This document shows, in pieces, positions 58,558 to 64,000 of a DNA stretch of 64,000 nucleotides (positions within the stretch are counted from its first letter, which is position 1; every line of letters starts with the position of its first letter). The notes below the pieces were generated by a model. It saw only the letters and a list, made by a program, of their open reading frames with translations, searched no databases and was not told where the DNA came from. This stretch comes from Candidatus Latescibacterota bacterium (lineage in GTDB: Bacteria; Latescibacterota; UBA2968), in assembly GCA_965205975.1 (NCBI GenBank), contig OZ242195.1, positions 3,200,001-3,264,000 on the forward strand, in the 5' to 3' direction. Made by a program: the position numbers and the translations under genes.

Positions 58558-58656
58558 CTATGCCGGTCCAGCCCGTCGCCGGATCGGATTATTATCGTCA
58601 TTATTATTGCCAGTAAACTGAGCGATTTGGAAATAGCGTATATGCATGGTATTCAT
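58558..58656 (-). CDS. Asn/Asp-rich leader peptide (32 aa) of aspS
   Basis: Manual translation MNTMHIRYFQIAQFTGNNNDDNNPIRRRAGPA*; below the ORF-track length cutoff. Confidence 0.8.
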   Translation of the reverse strand: MNTMHIRYFQIAQFTGNNNDDNNPIRRRAGPA

Positions 58657-58676
58657 CCAAAAAATTATTAGATATT

Positions 58677-58763
58677 GGGGTGGCTTGGTGGGGTTCGTCT
58701 ATGAACTGGCCTGAGAAGCGACCAGTTGTACCCCGCTCCGTCTATTCGTCTATTCGTCTATTC
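58677..58763 (-). repeat. GAATAGAC array element (inverted) interrupted by a GAACTG hairpin element
   Basis: GGGGTTCGTCTAT[GAACTG...CCCCGC]TCC(GTCTATTC)3. Confidence 0.8.
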
Positions 58764-58771
58764 GTGATTTT

Positions 58772-59506
58772 TTAAACTTTTCTCCCGCCAAAAACAGCGA
58801 GTTCAAACAGCTTGAAATAACAATCTACATCTGAAAAACCAATAGCTCTGAGCCATTCGCATTGATCTTCAACAGACGCGAGAATATTCGCCTGTTTATC
58901 ATCGCGATAATAATAAGCCCGCGCGATTTCATCGCGAGATGCATTTGGATCTCGCTGCGTCACAGAATCGTAAAGCGCGTCAATAAAGCGATCTGCAAAA
59001 CGCGACTCAACCCACTTCGACGGAGAGCGGACATGCTCGACATTGACAAACACGCCATTGGGAGACAGCAGATCAAAAATCTCGCCATAAACCTCGCGCT
59101 TGCGTTCATCGCTCTGATGATGAATTGAAAAACCCGATACAATCGCATCATAAGGCGCGTCATCTGCAACCAGACTGAGCCAATCGGACGTCGCATAATC
59201 CCCAATAACAAAACGATGCTGTGACGCCGTTCCCCCAAACCGCTTCCGCGCAGCCTCAATCATAGCCTCAGAAAAATCCACAAACACACCGCGTGCATCC
59301 GGGTGGTATTCAATAACCGCAGCACCGAGTATGCCATCCCCACACCCCAGATCCAGAACAGTATTGACCCTGTGATCATCCGCATTGATCACCCGACACA
59401 TAACGGCAATCTGCTCATCGGACAGCGGAATTGCCTGCCGAATATTTTTCAAATATTTCTGCGCCAGATCCCGCGCCTGCCAGGCAGTGTCTTTGCGTTT
59501 GCTCAT
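58772..59506 (-). CDS. Class I SAM-dependent methyltransferase
   Basis: VLDLGCGDG, YDAIVSGFSIHH. Confidence 0.9.
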   Translation of the reverse strand: MSKRKDTAWQARDLAQKYLKNIRQAIPLSDEQIAVMCRVINADDHRVNTVLDLGCGDGILGAAVIEYHPDARGVFVDFSEAMIEAARKRFGGTASQHRFVIGDYATSDWLSLVADDAPYDAIVSGFSIHHQSDERKREVYGEIFDLLSPNGVFVNVEHVRSPSKWVESRFADRFIDALYDSVTQRDPNASRDEIARAYYYRDDKQANILASVEDQCEWLRAIGFSDVDCYFKLFELAVFGGRKV

Positions 59507-59584
59507 ATCAAGTAGTTATGGTAAAACAAAATAACGGGCGAGGCATGCCTCGCCCCTACAGTTGTTCACACTTCCCCAGCCTGT

Positions 59585-61165
59585 TCAATACCCCACTGCC
59601 AGACCATCCTTGCGAGGATCGGAAGCCGCGCAATAACCGTCATCCAATTTATAAATAAGCTGCCCCCCGCCATATCCAATAGCCTGCGGAACTTGGATAT
59701 CGTGCCCGCGGGCGCGAAGATCGTCCAGCACGCCGGCATCCACGCCCGGTTCAATCCCCACACTCAAACCCCCAAAAACCTGCCATCGGGGCGCATCGCA
59801 CGCAGCCTGCGGATTTTGACCATAAGCAAAAATCCGGATCATCATCTGCGCGTGACCTTGCGGCTGCATATGCCCTCCCATAACGCCGAAAGCCATCACC
59901 GGTTGGCCCTCTCGGGTCGCAAACGCCGGAATAATCGTATGATACGGTCGCTTGCCCCCATCCACGCGATTGGGATGGCCCTCCGTCAGAACAAAACCCG
60001 CGCCCCGGTTCTGCATACTAATACCCGTATCCGGAATCACAATCCCAGATCCAAAACCCATATAATTGGACTGAATAAACGAAACCATCATCCCATCTTC
60101 ATCCGCAGCCGTGAGATAAACCGTATCGCCACGCGGCATGCCAAAAGTGGGCATCCCCGCCTTTTTCAGATCAATTAATCTCGCGCGCTGAGATAGATAA
60201 TCCGGATCGAGCAACTGCGCGAACTCAACATCCCGCGTATTCGGATCAGACACGTACCTGTGCGTATCCGCATACGCCAACTTCATCGCCTCAATCTGCA
60301 GATGTAAGCTATCCGCCGAATCAACCGCATACCCGGACAAATCCCAATTCTCCAATATGCCCAGTGCAATAAGCGCCGCAATACCCTGACCATTTGGCGG
60401 AATTTCGTGCAGCGTGTAATCCCCGAAATCCATCGTCATTGTATCCACCCAATCCGCCCGATGCTCCGCCAGATCTTCTTCTGTCATCGCACCGCCCGTA
60501 CTCCTTGCATGCGCCGCGATCTTCTCTGCCAGATCACCCGAATAAAAAGCCTCTCCTCTCGTCTCCGCAATCCGCCCAAGCGTACGCGCCTGTGCGCTAC
60601 ACACAAATTTTTCGCCAATTTTCGGCGCGCGACCCAAAGGTGCAAAAGTCGCCATCCAATCGGGCATATCGCCGTAATTATACACAGCCTGTGCCCAGCT
60701 ATGTCCCGTAATAGGCGAAACCACAAAACCATTGCGAGCATAGTGAATCGCGGGTTCAAACAACGCCTCAAACGGCAACACGCCAAACCGCTCTGAAAGT
60801 GCGGCCCACGCCGAAACACAGCCGGGCACAGTCACGGCATCCCAACCCTGCTGGGGCATTTGAGCATGCGCGGCAAACAACTCGGGCGACCACGCTTTTG
60901 GGGAACGTCCCGATGCGTTGAGACCATATATTTGTTCACCATCCCACAAAATGCAAAACGCATCGCTACCTATACCATTCATATTGGGTTCAACAACCGT
61001 AAGCACCATCGCTGTCGCCAGAGCCGCATCTGCGGCATTGCCACCTTTGAGCAACATCTGCAACCCAGCCTGCGCAGCCAGCGGTTGAGAAGTCGCAACC
61101 ACATTGCGCGCCATAACGGGCATGCGTTGTGAAGCATACGGAAAAGACCAGGACAATTCGGGCAT
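59585..61165 (-). CDS. ggt: Gamma-glutamyltransferase family protein
   Basis: GGNAADAA, GIGSDAF, DTVY catalytic Thr, GVMGG-x-MQPQGH. Confidence 0.9.
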   Translation of the reverse strand: MPELSWSFPYASQRMPVMARNVVATSQPLAAQAGLQMLLKGGNAADAALATAMVLTVVEPNMNGIGSDAFCILWDGEQIYGLNASGRSPKAWSPELFAAHAQMPQQGWDAVTVPGCVSAWAALSERFGVLPFEALFEPAIHYARNGFVVSPITGHSWAQAVYNYGDMPDWMATFAPLGRAPKIGEKFVCSAQARTLGRIAETRGEAFYSGDLAEKIAAHARSTGGAMTEEDLAEHRADWVDTMTMDFGDYTLHEIPPNGQGIAALIALGILENWDLSGYAVDSADSLHLQIEAMKLAYADTHRYVSDPNTRDVEFAQLLDPDYLSQRARLIDLKKAGMPTFGMPRGDTVYLTAADEDGMMVSFIQSNYMGFGSGIVIPDTGISMQNRGAGFVLTEGHPNRVDGGKRPYHTIIPAFATREGQPVMAFGVMGGHMQPQGHAQMMIRIFAYGQNPQAACDAPRWQVFGGLSVGIEPGVDAGVLDDLRARGHDIQVPQAIGYGGGQLIYKLDDGYCAASDPRKDGLAVGY

Positions 61166-61183
61166 GGATCTGCATCTCCTATA

Positions 61184-61645
61184 TCAGTTCAAAGTAATTT
61201 CTTTTTTAACATCATTCATCAAATCATCGCCATCAACAGATTCGCGCAGAGGCTCTGTAAAATTCAACCGATACCCATTGGGATCCATAACAATAACCTC
61301 GCGCGCATTCCACGGGCGATCGTGCGGACCGGAAATCTGGACATTGCCATCGCGCCGCACCCGTTTGGCAATCGCGTCAACCGACTCGCGCAACACCGTA
61401 AAATTGAGCGTAACACCCGCGCCCCGGGTGCTTGAAATCAAAACATTTGGCCCCTCCTCCATCAGAATCAAATCCGCATGAGGTGCCCACCGCAAATGCG
61501 ACATAATCGGATCGCCATTCGCACCCGGCATCTGTGAAATTAGAGAAAAACCGAGCGCATCGCAATACCATCGCGTAGATATGTTGAGATCGTGAACCAT
61601 CAAAGTTGTATAGGACGGCATCTGGTAGTCGAAATCGGATTCCAC
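61184..61645 (-). CDS. VOC/glyoxalase/bleomycin-resistance family protein
   Basis: L-x-V-x-D...WY...LGF; P-x-DRPWNARE...DPNGYRL. Confidence 0.85.
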   Translation of the reverse strand: MESDFDYQMPSYTTLMVHDLNISTRWYCDALGFSLISQMPGANGDPIMSHLRWAPHADLILMEEGPNVLISSTRGAGVTLNFTVLRESVDAIAKRVRRDGNVQISGPHDRPWNAREVIVMDPNGYRLNFTEPLRESVDGDDLMNDVKKEITLN

Positions 61646-61687
61646 CTCGCATGTCCTTTCTCCCCAAAGGGGTAGATAGCCACCAAC

Positions 61688-61720
61688 AAAAAAACCCGCC
61701 GAAGATGCTTCGGCGGGTTC
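61688..61720 (-). terminator. Intrinsic terminator (putative attenuator) upstream of the VOC gene
   Basis: GAACCCGCCGAAG-CAT-CTTCGGCGGGTT then T run. Confidence 0.85.
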
Positions 61721-61749
61721 GTTTTGTAAGACTATTATGTACTTTAAGT

Positions 61750-61932
61750 CTATCGTCTCATTTTGAACCCGCCAATAATATTTTTGTCATTACCCGTGAA
61801 AACCGCGAGATTAATGCCACCATCCGGGCACACATGGCCAGTGGTACGGACAAATGACATCTGCACGGATGCACTGATAGCGCAGTTATCCATCATTTGC
61901 TGGGTATTATTCTGGTGGGTTACAAAAATCAT
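61750..61932 (-). CDS. Small ORF (60 aa), putative leader peptide
   Basis: Lies between a promoter and a terminator; its last codons carry an antiterminator arm. Confidence 0.5.
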   Translation of the reverse strand: MIFVTHQNNTQQMMDNCAISASVQMSFVRTTGHVCPDGGINLAVFTGNDKNIIGGFKMRR

Positions 61933-61973
61933 GTTACTCTCACTATATCTGCGAACAGAACTGAACGGTGCAG

Positions 61974-62002
61974 AAGATATATCGGGGACACAGTAAAGTC
62001 AA
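61974..62002 (-). promoter_or_regulatory. Sigma70-like promoter
   Basis: TTGACT-N17-TATCTT, about 40 nt upstream of ATG 61932. Confidence 0.6.
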
Positions 62003-62016
62003 GTGGGTTTTTCGCA

Positions 62017-62799
62017 CTAAGGTAGCTTTCGATGAAACACGAGATCTGCAAACGCGCCTGTCACCTTACTACCCGTATTATCTGAATCGGACATAAGGTA
62101 CACGCGCACAACCTCTGCGGGTTCTTCATCGGGATAAAAGCGCTTGAAATCCCGGTAAAAATCGCGCGACTCCCCAACCCATTGATTCACATTTTGATCC
62201 CCGCTCTCGGCAACAATGCGATACCACTTAAACTTGAAAAATCCCAGAACAGACGTCACCTGTGTCAGCGAAGTCTCCTCGGGAATAGTACGCGTCCAGA
62301 GATAGGCAACCTCCCGCAACTTTCCTTTGGTATTGAGAACCGAAATACCGATCTTCGCTGCAAAATCATCGCCCGATTTCTGAATCTTGCCTTTGTGATC
62401 CGCCGTACCGCTATCATCAATCGTATTGCTGACCCGCCATCGCCACGAAACATAGGGATACTCAGTTGCAGATATGAGATCATATTGCCCCTGCGCCTGT
62501 TCGCGGACATCCTTCCCAAATCCCCTGGGCGGGCGGTCACAGCGCTTGATCCAACCCTGACTGCGATCAACCGACAACGCCGTGCCATTCTTCGTCGGCA
62601 CCTGCCAGAAAAGTGCCGCCGCATGATCGCTGTGAATCGCAAACACCCCATCGCGATGTTGCCCCGTAACATTTTCCCCGCAATCGTCCCAATCGCGCCG
62701 CAACCAATCGCCCCCCATATCCACGGCAACGCGATCCTGCGCTTGCGCAATACATGGAAAAACGAAAAAGCCTATCATCAAAAAAATATTACGAATCAT
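62017..62799 (-). CDS. DUF3047-domain secreted protein
   Basis: SWRWRV...GDDFAAKI...YLW...W..E.RD...D...MSDSDNTG. Confidence 0.75.
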   Translation of the reverse strand: MIRNIFLMIGFFVFPCIAQAQDRVAVDMGGDWLRRDWDDCGENVTGQHRDGVFAIHSDHAAALFWQVPTKNGTALSVDRSQGWIKRCDRPPRGFGKDVREQAQGQYDLISATEYPYVSWRWRVSNTIDDSGTADHKGKIQKSGDDFAAKIGISVLNTKGKLREVAYLWTRTIPEETSLTQVTSVLGFFKFKWYRIVAESGDQNVNQWVGESRDFYRDFKRFYPDEEPAEVVRVYLMSDSDNTGSKVTGAFADLVFHRKLP

Positions 62800-63047
62800 A
62801 TTTACCTTTTGTTGAAATGTTGAAAACTAATTAAAACCACTCTTCGCGTGTGGATCAAATTCACACCTGTTGTGAAAACACCACATGAAAGCGCGGTTTT
62901 AGCGGAAATTGTATTCAGTATAGGAAAAAATGCAATTTTTATGCCAATAAAAAAGCGCGACGGGAAAAAACCCACCGCGCTTATGCGATCAAATGGCAAA
63001 GCAGGGCGAGGCATGCCTCGCCCCTACAAACGTTGTGCCGTGATACG

Positions 63048-63674
63048 CTACATCTCTGATGACTCTTCACTTTGCTCGGACTTCTCCTCCGTCTCAGATT
63101 CCTTTTTCATCTGATCGCGATCTCCCCCACGGCGACCGCGAAACCAGCCGCGACCTCTGAACCGGGGACCATCGCCATCTCTGAAACCCGGACCACGGCC
63201 TCTGAACCCAGGTCCCCCACGGCCCCTGAAACCCGGACCACCGCGCCCGCGAAACCCCAGGCGTCCACCTCGCCGTCTCTCACCGAGCTTCTCCTTTTGT
63301 TCAGCCGTCAGCAAATTTTTAACATCCATACTGTGCTGAATCTCGCGCGCCATAATTTTGCCCTGCGCCGTCGTCACCGCATCGACCTTAGTCTGAATAT
63401 CTGAAGCCGATGGATTGTCCTGCTTCCGAATCTCACCCAAATCGATCCGCGCCTTTTGATGTGCCGCACGTAAATCAATCATCGCCTTTTGATGGGCAGA
63501 ACGCAGATCAGACATCTTTTCCTTCTGCTCATCCGTCAGTTCCAGCGCCGCCAGACCACCGCGCATACCGCGACGTTTGGCCTTTTGGGCGTCTGCATGT
63601 TTTACAAAAGCGACACTTCCAATAATTCCAATCACAAAAACACCGATAACTGCGTAGATAATTTTGCGTTTCAT
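63048..63674 (-). CDS. Spy/CpxP-family (LTXXQ) periplasmic protein with RG-rich tail
   Basis: Signal peptide; LELTDEQ and LLTAEQ; GPGFRGRG repeats. Confidence 0.82.
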   Translation of the reverse strand: MKRKIIYAVIGVFVIGIIGSVAFVKHADAQKAKRRGMRGGLAALELTDEQKEKMSDLRSAHQKAMIDLRAAHQKARIDLGEIRKQDNPSASDIQTKVDAVTTAQGKIMAREIQHSMDVKNLLTAEQKEKLGERRRGGRLGFRGRGGPGFRGRGGPGFRGRGPGFRDGDGPRFRGRGWFRGRRGGDRDQMKKESETEEKSEQSEESSEM

Positions 63675-63848
63675 GATACCAACTCCTCATAGTTAAACAG
63701 CAGTTTCTCTGTATGCTGTCTGTTTGTAGTAAAAAACCGAACAACCCTCGGCTGTGCTCAGGCCGGCATCTGTTCACAACGCGAAAGTCGCGAGTCAGAA
63801 GCTGTCTTAATCCCCCCAGAGAATACATCGAGATTTTTAAAACAGCTT

Positions 63849-64000
63849 CTATGGTGGGCCCCTACGAGAACCGGGTGGACGGTCTCCCGGGGGACCTCTG
63901 CGGCCGCCACCTCGGCCGCGGAATCCTTGACGTCTGTTTTTTTCCTCAAATTTTGCAAACTGTTCAGGCGTGAGAATCGTCTTCAACTTCTCGCGCAACT
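63849..64000 (-). CDS. C-terminal part of a second LTXXQ-motif protein (runs off window end)
   Basis: Manual translation LREKLKTILTPEQFAKFEEKNRRQGFRGRGGGRRGPPGDRPPGSRRGPP*. Confidence 0.65.
   Translation of the reverse strand, partial: LREKLKTILTPEQFAKFEEKNRRQGFRGRGGGRRGPPGDRPPGSRRGPP

Noticed and set aside
58490..58680. T-box riboswitch upstream of aspS
   Set aside because: No UGGNACC T-box bulge or stem I/specifier pattern seen; the leader-peptide model explains the region better.
63758..63958. 66-aa ORF from the track
   Set aside because: A different minus-strand frame (stop at 63849) encodes a recognisable LTPEQ protein end.

Overview
Gene-dense bacterial window, mostly on the minus strand. 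It has no rRNA, tRNA, CRISPR array or intact transposase. The content is four Cys-type sulfatases, five PhyH-like dioxygenases, a SusC/SusD pair, a PorV-like gene and DUF1800/DUF1501 genes. This suggests an FCB-group organism such as Ca. Latescibacterota; that is an inference, not shown by a marker gene. Main blocks: a copper-handling operon (cytochrome c, PCuAC, SCO), catabolic enzymes, three TA-type modules, an orphan RND permease, and a five-gene outer-membrane locus (beta-barrel, TonB-dependent receptor, 914-aa protein with a T9SS-like C-terminal domain, PorV/PorQ-like barrel, lipoprotein). There is also an archaeal-type non-discriminating aspS. Best hunting results: (1) an unannotated 32-aa Asn/Asp-rich leader peptide with a full terminator/antiterminator upstream of aspS; (2) a second promoter-leader-antiterminator-terminator unit upstream of a VOC gene, sharing an AxFTGN motif with the first; (3) the TBDR/CTD-protein/PorV-like locus; (4) nested small repeats, including a MITE with 14-bp TIRs and 5-bp TSDs and a ~30-nt hairpin found four times, each time inside another repeat. 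All family assignments come from motif recognition by eye, without database searches.
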